Assembly (NCBI GenBank): GCA_965228735.1
Contig: OZ245838.1
Span: 1,403,011-1,467,010 of the forward strand
Direction of reading: 5' to 3'
From: Planctomycetota bacterium
GTDB lineage: Bacteria > Planctomycetota > UBA1135 > UBA2386
DNA: 64,000 nucleotides
The position numbers were made by a program, and so were the translations under genes. Positions 50,991-60,057 of this stretch are shown piece after piece. The notes under the pieces were generated by a model. That model was not told the DNA's origin and did not search any database. It saw nothing but the letters and a program-made list of their open reading frames with translations. The number at the start of each line of letters is the position of its first letter. Position 1 is the first letter of the stretch.

Positions 50991-52723
50991 CCGGTCAGCC
51001 CGTCCACTCCTGCCCACCGCCTCATGCGCCGCTCGGTCGCATCGTCGGTATGGCACTCCTGCTCACGGCTCCTGCGCTCGCGCAGGTCCCGCGCTTCAAC
51101 AAGGTCGAGGTGCGCATCATCGCGACGCCACGCGCCGGGGTCGTGACGATCGACCGCGGCACGCGCGACCTCGTGCAGAAGGGCGACAAGGTCGTGCTGC
51201 TGCCGCGCGACGGCCGCGTCCTGCACGGCACGGTCAGCGCGACCGAGTCGCGCACGTCGACCGTCGAGCTCGTCAATCCGAACGACAAGGTCCGACCCGG
51301 GGTGCGCGGCGAGGTCCTCGTGCCGCGGATGCGCCGCCAGCAGCAGGACGAGCCCGCGAAACCGATCGAGCGACCCGCGGATCCGGTCGCCGAGCCACAG
51401 GAACCCGACAAGCCGGCGGACGAGCCCGAGAAGCCCGCAGACGGGGAACGGCGGTTCGGTGACGACAACTGGCGTCCCGGCATGCCGCTGCTCACGGGCG
51501 GCCGCCCGCTGCGCCCGAACGAGCGCGTCACCCGGACGACCGGTCAGGTCTACACCGCGGGCGACCTCACCCGCACGCTCGATACCTGGAACAACTCCTA
51601 CTTCCGGCTCGGCACGAACCTCGACGTCGAGAACCCCGCCGGCTTCGGTGGCGTGCTGCGCATCAACACCGAGTTCGCGCAGCTCACCGAGATCAACGAT
51701 CAGACCGACCCCGACCTGCGCGTCTACGAGCTGTCCTACGAGCTCGGCGGCAACCGCTACGAACCGACGCGCTGGACGTTCGGCCGGTACCTGTCGCGCG
51801 ACATGCCGGAGTTCGGCCTCGTCGACGGCATCGAGTGGAGCCATCGCACGGACACCGGCCAGCGGTTCGGCGTCAGCTTCGGCGCGCTGCCCGAACTCGA
51901 CGAAGACCTCGACACGGGGTCGGACCTGCAGTTCGCGGCCTATTGGCTGTGGCCCGACACGATCGCCGAACGGTTGACGTTCGGCCTCGGCTACCAGAAG
52001 ACGTGGCACCACCTGCGCGCCGACCGCGACCTCATCGTCGGCAAGATGCGCTACCTGCCGATCGATGGCTGGGACGTCGCCGCGACGACCTGGATCGACA
52101 TCTACTACGGCAGCGACACGAAGGGCGACGGCCCCGAGCTCACCCGCGCCCGCGCGCACGCGACGCGGCGTTACGACACGGGCGGCGGACTGCAGTTCAC
52201 CTACGATCACGAAGAACTCGTCGATCAGCGCCGCACGGAGTTCCTGCAGACCATCCAGCCCGCGACGCTGCTCAACGCCCACGCCGACCGTGTCACGATG
52301 CATGCCTGGTCGATGACGGACGGCGGCAGCCGGCTGTTCACGCGCATCACGGGTTTTCACGACCAGGCCCGCACGGGCGGGACGGCCGAAGCGGGCTTCC
52401 TCGCCGACGATTGGCTCATGGACGAGATGCGCAGCGGCCTCGCGGCATTCGTCGTGCACGGCCGTCACAGCACGGTCGCGGGCGGCCGGCTCGACCACAG
52501 CGGTGAGGCCTGGGGTGGCCGGCTCGACGCCCTGCTCGAGGTGTCGTTCGTTCACCACGAGAGCTTCAACAACGACGGCGACGATCTGATCCAGTACCGC
52601 CTCGGCGCGTACTGGACACGCGCGGTCGGTGACAACTGGTACCTTCTCAGCTACGGCGACTCGACCCTCTGGGACACCGAGTTCTCGATGAGCGCCGGCT
52701 TCTACCTCCAACGGACGTTCTGA
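50987..52723 (+). CDS. Outer-membrane beta-barrel protein (putative cytochrome-conduit porin) with N-terminal periplasmic domain and Pro-rich linker (578 aa)
   Basis: AAGGAG RBS and ATGA overlap; signal peptide (ALLLTAPALA|Q); amphipathic beta-strands; C-terminal beta-signal GFYLQRTF. Confidence 0.72.
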   Translation: MTGQPVHSCPPPHAPLGRIVGMALLLTAPALAQVPRFNKVEVRIIATPRAGVVTIDRGTRDLVQKGDKVVLLPRDGRVLHGTVSATESRTSTVELVNPNDKVRPGVRGEVLVPRMRRQQQDEPAKPIERPADPVAEPQEPDKPADEPEKPADGERRFGDDNWRPGMPLLTGGRPLRPNERVTRTTGQVYTAGDLTRTLDTWNNSYFRLGTNLDVENPAGFGGVLRINTEFAQLTEINDQTDPDLRVYELSYELGGNRYEPTRWTFGRYLSRDMPEFGLVDGIEWSHRTDTGQRFGVSFGALPELDEDLDTGSDLQFAAYWLWPDTIAERLTFGLGYQKTWHHLRADRDLIVGKMRYLPIDGWDVAATTWIDIYYGSDTKGDGPELTRARAHATRRYDTGGGLQFTYDHEELVDQRRTEFLQTIQPATLLNAHADRVTMHAWSMTDGGSRLFTRITGFHDQARTGGTAEAGFLADDWLMDEMRSGLAAFVVHGRHSTVAGGRLDHSGEAWGGRLDALLEVSFVHHESFNNDGDDLIQYRLGAYWTRAVGDNWYLLSYGDSTLWDTEFSMSAGFYLQRTF

Positions 52724-52733
52724 GGCATCCCCC

Positions 52734-53396
52734 ATGCGCACGAATCGACCAACCAATCGCTTCCGCCTCGGCCACGCGCTCGTGCTGGCCTGGATCGTCG
52801 CCGTCGTCGCCTGCACCGTGGTGTCGCCGCGGGAACGCGAACTCCACCGCTGGTGGGCCGGCTTCGGCATGGTCGTCAAGCACGACTCGTTCCCGGGCGA
52901 GTGTGGTGACTGCCACATCGGCGCCAACTGGAACGAGATCTCGGCCACGTTCGAGTTCGACCACGAGCGGGAGACCGGCGTGGCACTGACCGGCGCGCAC
53001 GCCCAGGCGCAGTGCCTGCGGTGCCACAACGATCGCGGCCCGGTCGCGACGTTCGCCGCGAAGGGGTGTGCCGGCTGCCACGAGGACGTGCACTACGGCG
53101 AGCTCGGCAAGGACTGCACGACGTGTCACAGCGACACGGTCTGGCGCGTCCCGAACGCGCGCGTCAACCACCTGCACGGCCGCTTCCCGCTCACGGGAGC
53201 GCACCTGCAGGTCGCCTGTCACCGCTGCCACGCCGGCGCCTGGGTCCGCAACTTCCGCCCGACGGATCCGACGTGCGAGAGCTGCCACTACGACGAGGGC
53301 GCCAACGTCAACAACCCACCGCACCTCAACCTCGGCTGGACCGACTGCGACCGCTGCCACATCCCGACCGGCTGGCGGCCCGCGGTCATCCGCTGA
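52734..53396 (+). CDS. Hepta-heme cytochrome c lipoprotein
   Basis: Lipobox-like IVAVVA|C; 7 CxxCH; same LTGAH..CxxCH repeat type as the 23-heme protein. Confidence 0.88.
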   Translation: MRTNRPTNRFRLGHALVLAWIVAVVACTVVSPRERELHRWWAGFGMVVKHDSFPGECGDCHIGANWNEISATFEFDHERETGVALTGAHAQAQCLRCHNDRGPVATFAAKGCAGCHEDVHYGELGKDCTTCHSDTVWRVPNARVNHLHGRFPLTGAHLQVACHRCHAGAWVRNFRPTDPTCESCHYDEGANVNNPPHLNLGWTDCDRCHIPTGWRPAVIR

Positions 53397-53540
53397 CACC
53401 CAGGAGCCTGGGCCACGAAACCCCTCGATGACACGGACATGACGAACCGCTCCGTCCCGAACCGGGATCACTACGGGTTGATCCGGTCTCGAAAGGTCGA
53501 TGAACCCGGCACTCGGGAGGTCCCTGGAGGACCGAAGGCC

Positions 53541-56342
53541 ATGAAGCAGACCTTGCACCGCCCATTGAGTCTGACCGCGCTCGCATTCGTGACCGCGGTC
53601 GGCTGGCTGTCGATCACGTCCTCGTGCGTCGAGGAAGCCGGTCGCGAGTCGTCGCTCGCGACGGCCGAGTCGTGCATGAGCTGTCACAACGGCTCCCTGC
53701 ACGATGACTACGCGGGCCCGGGTCTCGAGAACCCGCACCCGTTCCCCGGCGATGCGGAGGTGCTGACCTGCACCGCGTGTCACGGCGGCAACCCGAACGG
53801 TCGCGATGCGGCCTCGGCCCACGTGCCGCCGCCGCCGTCGATCGGCGACCGCGACTTCCAGGACCGCAACGCGCAGGCCTACTTCAACAAGCTGACGCTC
53901 ACCGGCATCGACAAGGTGCCGGATTACACCGTCGACGGTGTGACCTACACCGGCATCGACTACCTGCAGTTCCTCAACCCGGGCGACCTCCGCGTGACGG
54001 AAGCTGCGCGCGGCTGCGGCGAGTGCCACGGCGATCACAGCGCCAGCATGGCGCGCGCGCCGATCGGCCTGTCGATGGGCATCTTCTCGGGCGCCTCGTA
54101 CGCGAGCGGCCAGCTCAACCAGATCCCGGGCCACCAGGGCCTGTTCGAGGACACGGCCGCGGACCTCGCGTTCCGCGCGGTCACGGATCCGAGTCACGTC
54201 CACAGCGCGACCGAGGTCGGCAAGATCGGGCAACTCATCGAAGCGCCGGTCTGGGCGTCCCGGCAGGACCAGGGCCCCGACTTCCTGTTCCGCAACCAGG
54301 ACTTCGTCGTCGCCAATCTCGTCAACGACGTGAACGCCGACGGCTCGCTCGTCAACAACTCGCGGCTCGCGAAGCTCTACCAGGAGCAGGTCATGTTCAC
54401 CTGCGGTGACTGCCACGCCGGCAGCAGCGGTGCGAACAACCGCTACGGTGACTTCCGGCCGTCCGGCTGCGCGGCGTGCCACATGCCCTACAGCCTCGAC
54501 GGTCGCAGCCGCAGTCTCGACCCGAACGTCCCGAAGGACGAACCCGCGGACCCGGACGACATCGACGATCCGGAACGCGCCCACGTGCGCGCCCACCGGA
54601 TCGTCAACGTCAATCGAACGCTGAGCAACGGCGTGCAGGTCGGCGGCATCGACGACTACACCTGCGCCGGCTGCCACCAGGGCAGCAACCGCACGGTCAT
54701 GCAGTACTGGGGCATCCGCCTCGACCAGAACGAGGACGTGCGCCGCGGCTTCCAGTACCCGGCCAACCCCGTCGAGTTCCGGACGACGCGTTTCGACACG
54801 CGCCTGTTCGACCCGGAGGTCGACAACAACACGTTCAACGGCCGCAATCACCGCCAGTACCTGCTGTTCGAAGACTACGACGGCGACACGCGTGACGACA
54901 CGCCGGCCGACGTGCACTACGAAGCGGGCATGGGCTGTGTCGACTGCCACGGCGGCACCGACCTGCACGGCGAGGTCAAGACCGGCGGCGGCGCGATCGT
55001 CAGCCGCATGAGCCACGCGGTCGCGATCTCGTGCGAGACGTGCCACGGTTCGTCGACCGCGTACGCGGCGACGACCGTCGGCGAGAACTACCAGGGCTTC
55101 ACCGTGCCCCTCGCCGTCGACGAGAAGGGCGTCGCGTTGCGTCACGTCGAGCGCGACACCGACGGCAACTACTGGCTCACGAGCAAGCTCACGGGCAACC
55201 GCCACTTCATCCGCCAGACGATGGACGTCGTCGTCGACAACGGCAAGCTGAACCCGTTGACCAACGAACCGCTCTACTCGGCCAAGGCGTCGTTCGCCAT
55301 GGGCCGCGACGACGGCCTGGCATCGACGGGCCTCGGCCCGCAGCAGAACGGCGTGACGGCGACCGGCTTCGCCCACAGCGACAGCATGGACTGCGCGTCG
55401 TGCCACTCGGCGTGGACCAACACGTGCATCGGCTGCCACCTCGAGGGTGAGTACAACGAGGGCAACAACTTCAGCAACGTCACGGGCGAGCGGATCTCGT
55501 TCCGGGAACGCTTCGCGGAGTTCGTCTACCAGTCGCCGGTGAACTTCAGTCTCGGCGTCGGTCCGGACAACCGGATCACGAACACCGCGGCCAACACCAA
55601 GGTGTTCTTCCGCTACACGGACATCAACGGCGACCGGACCCCGGTGTTCGCGTTCAGTGACCGCAACGGGCAGGGCAGCAACACCGCCGCCAACCCGGCG
55701 CGGCCGCTGCCGTCGCTCGGGCACAACGCGCTCATGGCGCACTCGATCCGTGGTCGCGTGACCGCGAGCAACGAGGGGCCGCGCTACTGCGTGTCGTGCC
55801 ACCTCACCGACACGGCTCTCGCGAACCACCGGACGGCGTACGAGACGTTCCGCACGCAGCTGGCGACGAACGACTTCGCGAACATCGACTACGACACGTT
55901 GCGCACCCACATCGGGCTCAACCCGGGCAACCAGCTCAACTCGCCGTGGTTCGTGCACATGGCCGCCGGTCTCGGCACCGGTCTCTACCTGTTCGACGCC
56001 AACGGTGGCGCGCAGAACCCGATCGACGACAACGCCAACCGCTACGGCAGTGACGGCGTCGCCCCGCGCGACCAGTTCAACCCAGCCAACGTGGTCTACG
56101 ACCTCGATCGCGTCGTCGACGACACGAACGGCCGTTCGAACGGTTCGAGCAGCGTGCCCATGGATCAGCCGATCCTCGGCCCGCTGCGCCGCACGGGCGC
56201 AACCAACACGAACATGACGGGGCCGCTCGGCCTGAACCTCGCGAACCGGCTGGCCGACCCGAACACGGGCATCATCCTCAACGCGTGGATCAACGCGGAC
56301 GGCGTCGCAAACGGCTTCGCCGCGCAGATCATCGACCCGTAG
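53541..56342 (+). CDS. Large multiheme cytochrome c, probable lipoprotein, 11 CxxCH (933 aa)
   Basis: GGAGG upstream of ATG 53541; signal ending ITSS|C; 11 CxxCH counted by hand with long heme-free inserts. Confidence 0.88.
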   Translation: MKQTLHRPLSLTALAFVTAVGWLSITSSCVEEAGRESSLATAESCMSCHNGSLHDDYAGPGLENPHPFPGDAEVLTCTACHGGNPNGRDAASAHVPPPPSIGDRDFQDRNAQAYFNKLTLTGIDKVPDYTVDGVTYTGIDYLQFLNPGDLRVTEAARGCGECHGDHSASMARAPIGLSMGIFSGASYASGQLNQIPGHQGLFEDTAADLAFRAVTDPSHVHSATEVGKIGQLIEAPVWASRQDQGPDFLFRNQDFVVANLVNDVNADGSLVNNSRLAKLYQEQVMFTCGDCHAGSSGANNRYGDFRPSGCAACHMPYSLDGRSRSLDPNVPKDEPADPDDIDDPERAHVRAHRIVNVNRTLSNGVQVGGIDDYTCAGCHQGSNRTVMQYWGIRLDQNEDVRRGFQYPANPVEFRTTRFDTRLFDPEVDNNTFNGRNHRQYLLFEDYDGDTRDDTPADVHYEAGMGCVDCHGGTDLHGEVKTGGGAIVSRMSHAVAISCETCHGSSTAYAATTVGENYQGFTVPLAVDEKGVALRHVERDTDGNYWLTSKLTGNRHFIRQTMDVVVDNGKLNPLTNEPLYSAKASFAMGRDDGLASTGLGPQQNGVTATGFAHSDSMDCASCHSAWTNTCIGCHLEGEYNEGNNFSNVTGERISFRERFAEFVYQSPVNFSLGVGPDNRITNTAANTKVFFRYTDINGDRTPVFAFSDRNGQGSNTAANPARPLPSLGHNALMAHSIRGRVTASNEGPRYCVSCHLTDTALANHRTAYETFRTQLATNDFANIDYDTLRTHIGLNPGNQLNSPWFVHMAAGLGTGLYLFDANGGAQNPIDDNANRYGSDGVAPRDQFNPANVVYDLDRVVDDTNGRSNGSSSVPMDQPILGPLRRTGATNTNMTGPLGLNLANRLADPNTGIILNAWINADGVANGFAAQIIDP

Positions 56343-56355
56343 GCCGACGGCACTC

Positions 56356-59217
56356 TCAACGACCGCGCCCCGGCCCGTCGTCAGGCCGCGGTCCGTCCGG
56401 CCGTCGCTCCCCGCGCGACGGCGGCACCCGCGGCATGAGCTCCCGGATCGTGCTGCGGAATTCCTGCACCTTCGCGTCGAACGCGGCACTCGTTCGCCAA
56501 CGCCGGCCGCCGGGACCGCGCCGCGGGTCCGCTCGCCCGCCGCGGCCCTCTTCGCGGTCACCCCGGCCCCACGCGGAGAAGCCTCCCCAGCGCTCCGGCC
56601 GGCTCGCCCGGGCGCCGGCCTCGACGAGCGCCTCGACGGCCTCGCGCAGCTGCGCGAACGCGCGGTCGAGCATGGCATCGGCTTCCTGCGCCCGGTCTTG
56701 CTCGCGGAGCAGGTTGTCCAGCTCACGGATCGCGCCCACGGCGCGCATCGGGTGCGCCACGCCGGGCTCGGCCACGACTCGCCGCAACTCGCGCTCGGCC
56801 CGCGCCAGCAGTTTCGGACGCTCGGCCTCGCCCGCAGTCCGAGCCCGGTAGAGCAACTCGCTGCCGAGTTCGCCGGCAACCCGGGAACGCAGCGCGCGAT
56901 GATCGCGAATGTCGGGTCGGTCCTTCACGAGGCGAGCCGCGTGGCCAGCGGCCTCCTCGAGCAGGGCAAGCCGTTCCGCCCGCGGCAACACGCGGACCAG
57001 GTCGACCACCGTGTCGCAGAACTCGAGGCGGAACTGCTCCAGGTCGGGATCGGCAGTGACGATCTCGCGCAGGATCTGCAGGCCCGCCCGGGCGCTCTGC
57101 AGCCCCGTGTCGAGCGGCTGCAACTGCCCCGCGAGCAGCAGGCAGCGTGCCTCGAACGCGCGCACCTCCGGCTTGCCCCGCTCGGCCGCCGGCAGCGCCG
57201 CGAGTGTCGCCTGGGCGGCGTCGAGGTAGCCGAGCGCGCGTTGCAGTCGCTCCTGACGGCCACGGCGCCCGTCGCGGACTCCGTCCGGCGGCGCACCGGA
57301 CGGCCGCTCGCCAGAAGGCCGCTCGTCGGGCGGCCGCTCGCCGCGATCCCGCCGCCGACCATCGCCGCGCCCGCGCCGCGACAGGCGTTCCGTCCGGGCC
57401 AGTTCGTACTGCACCGTCGCACATTCGAACTGCAGCGCGACGGACTCGTCCCCGGTCCGCTCCCGTTCGGCCGTGAGCACCTGCAGGGCGAGCTGGAAGC
57501 GGCGCGCGGCCTCTTCGCGGTTGCGGCGCCGCATCTCGAGGTGCCCGTACTCGAGGTGGACCGCCGCGAGCTCGCGCGCGATGTCGCGGTCGGACACGAC
57601 CGAGTAGAGCTCGAGCGCCTCGTCGTAGGCTGCGGCGGCCTCCTCGAGGTTGCCGAGACGCTTGTGGATCACGCCGACCCGGCGATGGGCCCGCGCGGTC
57701 TCGAACCGCAGCGACTGGCTCGCCGCATTCTGAGCCGCGAAGTCGTCGTAGAAGGACAGCATCTCGAGCAGCAGCTGCAGGTCCTGGTCGCGAACGTTGC
57801 GCACCGCGACCACGTATTCCTCGCCGGTGTCCGGGTCGGCCTCGAACATCAACAGCGGGTCACGACCGACGAGCCCGTCGAACACGTCCTCGAACGCGGC
57901 CAGGGCGTGTCGCAGGTTGCCTTCCGCCCGCAACCGCTCTTGCTCGAGTTCCACGCCCGCCGTCTCGGCCCGCGTCAGCGCGTCGCTCGTGACGACGTAG
58001 GCCCCCCAGCCGATCCCTCCGGCGACGACGATCGCCGTGAGCGTCGCTGCGAGCAACCCGGCCATCGCGCGGTTCCGGCGACACCAACGCAGGACCTGCG
58101 CGACCGAACTCTGGCGCCGCGCGGCGATCGGGCGGTCCTCGAGGAACGCGACGAGGTCCTGCTCGAGTTCCTCCGCCGTGCCGTAGCGGTCCGCGGGGTC
58201 GCTCGCCGTCGCCTTGCCGATCACCGTCTCGAGGTCGCGCGGCACGTCCGCCACGAGCCTCGACACGGGCGTCGGTCGACCGCGCTGGATCGCGGCCATC
58301 AACTCGGAACGGGACTGCCCCGCGTAGGCCGGCCGCAACGTGAGCAATTCGTAGAGCGTGATCCCGAGCGCGTAGACCTCACTGCGCGCATCGTAGATCC
58401 CGGCGAACTGCTCCGGCGCCATGTACTGCATCGTCCCGACCAGGTCGCCCGACTGGGTCAGCCCCTCGGCCTCGAGCGCCTTGGCGAGACCGAAGTCGGT
58501 GACCCATACGTGCTCGTCTTCCCCGAGCAGCAGGTTCCCCGGTTTGATGTCACGGTGCAGCGTGCCGTGCTCGTGGGCGTAGTGCAGCGCCTCGGCGACC
58601 TGCGCGCCGATCCGCGCGACGAAGCGCGCACGATCCCGCCACGCCGCGCTGCCCTCCGGCGGGTGCTGCCCTGCGTCCGTGCGCCACGCGTCGAGCCCTG
58701 TCCCGCTGATGAACTGCATCGCGTACCAGTGGTAGCCGTCCGTCTCACCGCTGCCGAACACCGGCACGATGTTGCTGTGGTGCAGCTGCGCTGCGACCTG
58801 CGCCTCGCGCTGGAAGCGCATGAGCTGGTTGCCCGTCAGGAGCGACGCCTGTGGCAGCACCTTGAGCGCGACGCGTCGCGAAAGCGACTCCTGGAACGCC
58901 TCGAACACGACGCCCATGCCGCCGCGCCCGACCTCGGCGACGATGCGGAAGTCGCCGAGCCGGTGCATGTCCGGCAGCGCCACGCGCGCGAGCTGCCCGC
59001 CGGTCGACTCGCGGTCGCGCTTGACCTGCTCGAGCGCCTGCAGGGTCGGCAACAGGTCGAGCAGCGCCTCGCGCTGCTCGGGGTGAGCGGCGGCGAACGC
59101 GGGCACGTCGACGAACTCGCCGCTCCGCAGTCGCCTGGTGTACTCCTCGACGAGCAGATCGAGCGGATCGCGTTCGCTGCCTCTGCCGTCGGTCACGGCG
59201 TCGTCGTCCAGACTCAT
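56356..59217 (-). CDS. Ser/Thr protein kinase with TM helix and TPR-like C-terminus (953 aa)
   Basis: VGRGGMGVV, VALKVL, HRDIKPGN, DFGLAK, GTMQYMAPEQ; start ATG 59217. Confidence 0.95.
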   Translation of the reverse strand: MSLDDDAVTDGRGSERDPLDLLVEEYTRRLRSGEFVDVPAFAAAHPEQREALLDLLPTLQALEQVKRDRESTGGQLARVALPDMHRLGDFRIVAEVGRGGMGVVFEAFQESLSRRVALKVLPQASLLTGNQLMRFQREAQVAAQLHHSNIVPVFGSGETDGYHWYAMQFISGTGLDAWRTDAGQHPPEGSAAWRDRARFVARIGAQVAEALHYAHEHGTLHRDIKPGNLLLGEDEHVWVTDFGLAKALEAEGLTQSGDLVGTMQYMAPEQFAGIYDARSEVYALGITLYELLTLRPAYAGQSRSELMAAIQRGRPTPVSRLVADVPRDLETVIGKATASDPADRYGTAEELEQDLVAFLEDRPIAARRQSSVAQVLRWCRRNRAMAGLLAATLTAIVVAGGIGWGAYVVTSDALTRAETAGVELEQERLRAEGNLRHALAAFEDVFDGLVGRDPLLMFEADPDTGEEYVVAVRNVRDQDLQLLLEMLSFYDDFAAQNAASQSLRFETARAHRRVGVIHKRLGNLEEAAAAYDEALELYSVVSDRDIARELAAVHLEYGHLEMRRRNREEAARRFQLALQVLTAERERTGDESVALQFECATVQYELARTERLSRRGRGDGRRRDRGERPPDERPSGERPSGAPPDGVRDGRRGRQERLQRALGYLDAAQATLAALPAAERGKPEVRAFEARCLLLAGQLQPLDTGLQSARAGLQILREIVTADPDLEQFRLEFCDTVVDLVRVLPRAERLALLEEAAGHAARLVKDRPDIRDHRALRSRVAGELGSELLYRARTAGEAERPKLLARAERELRRVVAEPGVAHPMRAVGAIRELDNLLREQDRAQEADAMLDRAFAQLREAVEALVEAGARASRPERWGGFSAWGRGDREEGRGGRADPRRGPGGRRWRTSAAFDAKVQEFRSTIRELMPRVPPSRGERRPDGPRPDDGPGRGR

Positions 59218-59236
59218 CGCGCGCACCGCCTCATGA

Positions 59237-59830
59237 TCAACCGTCCGCGAGCTCGGCGAGCAGACCGCGCAGGCGCCCGAGTGCCCGCACGTAGCGATTA
59301 CTTGCCGCGTTCTCCTGGATACCCAGCACGTCGGCGGTCTCCTTGTTGGACAGCTCCTCGAAGTGCCGCAGAAGAAGCACCTCGCGGTCGATCTCGTCCA
59401 TGCTATCGAGCGCGGCCTCGATCTTTTGCCGCAGCTCCTCGCGCATCGCAGCACCGCTCGGGGACGTCGCGTGGCCGACGAAGAAGCCGCTGATCATCTG
59501 GCTCTGGGGCGACTGGACCTCGCGCCCCGCGGTGCGCATCTTGGCGCCGACGTGCTTGCGATGCAGATCGACCATCGTCTGCTGCGCGATCAGCCGCATC
59601 CACAGGAAGAACGGCTTGTCGTCGCCGCGGAACGCGCCGAGCCGCTTCTCCGCCTCGATGTAGGCCTCCTGCAACACGTCCTCGGGATCGATCCGCCCGA
59701 GCAGGCGCGGGTCGAGCCGGAATTGGATCATGCGCAGCAGCCGGTCCCTGACGCCGTCGAACAACGGAGCCAGGGCAGCGTCATCACCGGCGCGCAGCGT
59801 CGCTTCGAGTTCTGCATCGGAGTCTGGCAT
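59237..59830 (-). CDS. ECF sigma-70 factor of the planctomycete kinase-associated type
   Basis: DPEDVLQEAY (sigma2), FFLWMRLIAQQTMVDLHRKH, SPSGAAMREE, DREVLLLRHFEELSNKETADVLG (sigma4); 19 bp upstream of the kinase. Confidence 0.92.
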   Translation of the reverse strand: MPDSDAELEATLRAGDDAALAPLFDGVRDRLLRMIQFRLDPRLLGRIDPEDVLQEAYIEAEKRLGAFRGDDKPFFLWMRLIAQQTMVDLHRKHVGAKMRTAGREVQSPQSQMISGFFVGHATSPSGAAMREELRQKIEAALDSMDEIDREVLLLRHFEELSNKETADVLGIQENAASNRYVRALGRLRGLLAELADG

Positions 59831-60057
59831 CGCTGCGCGCACCATAGCCGATCGACGACCCTCCGAAAGACGCGCGAGGACCGCCAGCGCGTCCCTGCCA
59901 TCGCCGAGACGGCGGTGAGTCGCACTCAGAACGGACCGGATCGTGGGCATGACTACGATTGCGGCGGTAGAACGCCGGCGGGACATCCGAGTCCACAGCC
60001 AGAGCGGCGTTCTCGGGGCCCGAGACGCAATCGTGACGCGGACCGGGCCCGGGCGAC

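Noticed and set aside
51340-51450. Pro/Glu/Lys-rich repeats in the porin as a DNA repeat element
   Set aside because: Low-complexity protein linker, in frame; not a mobile or regulatory repeat.
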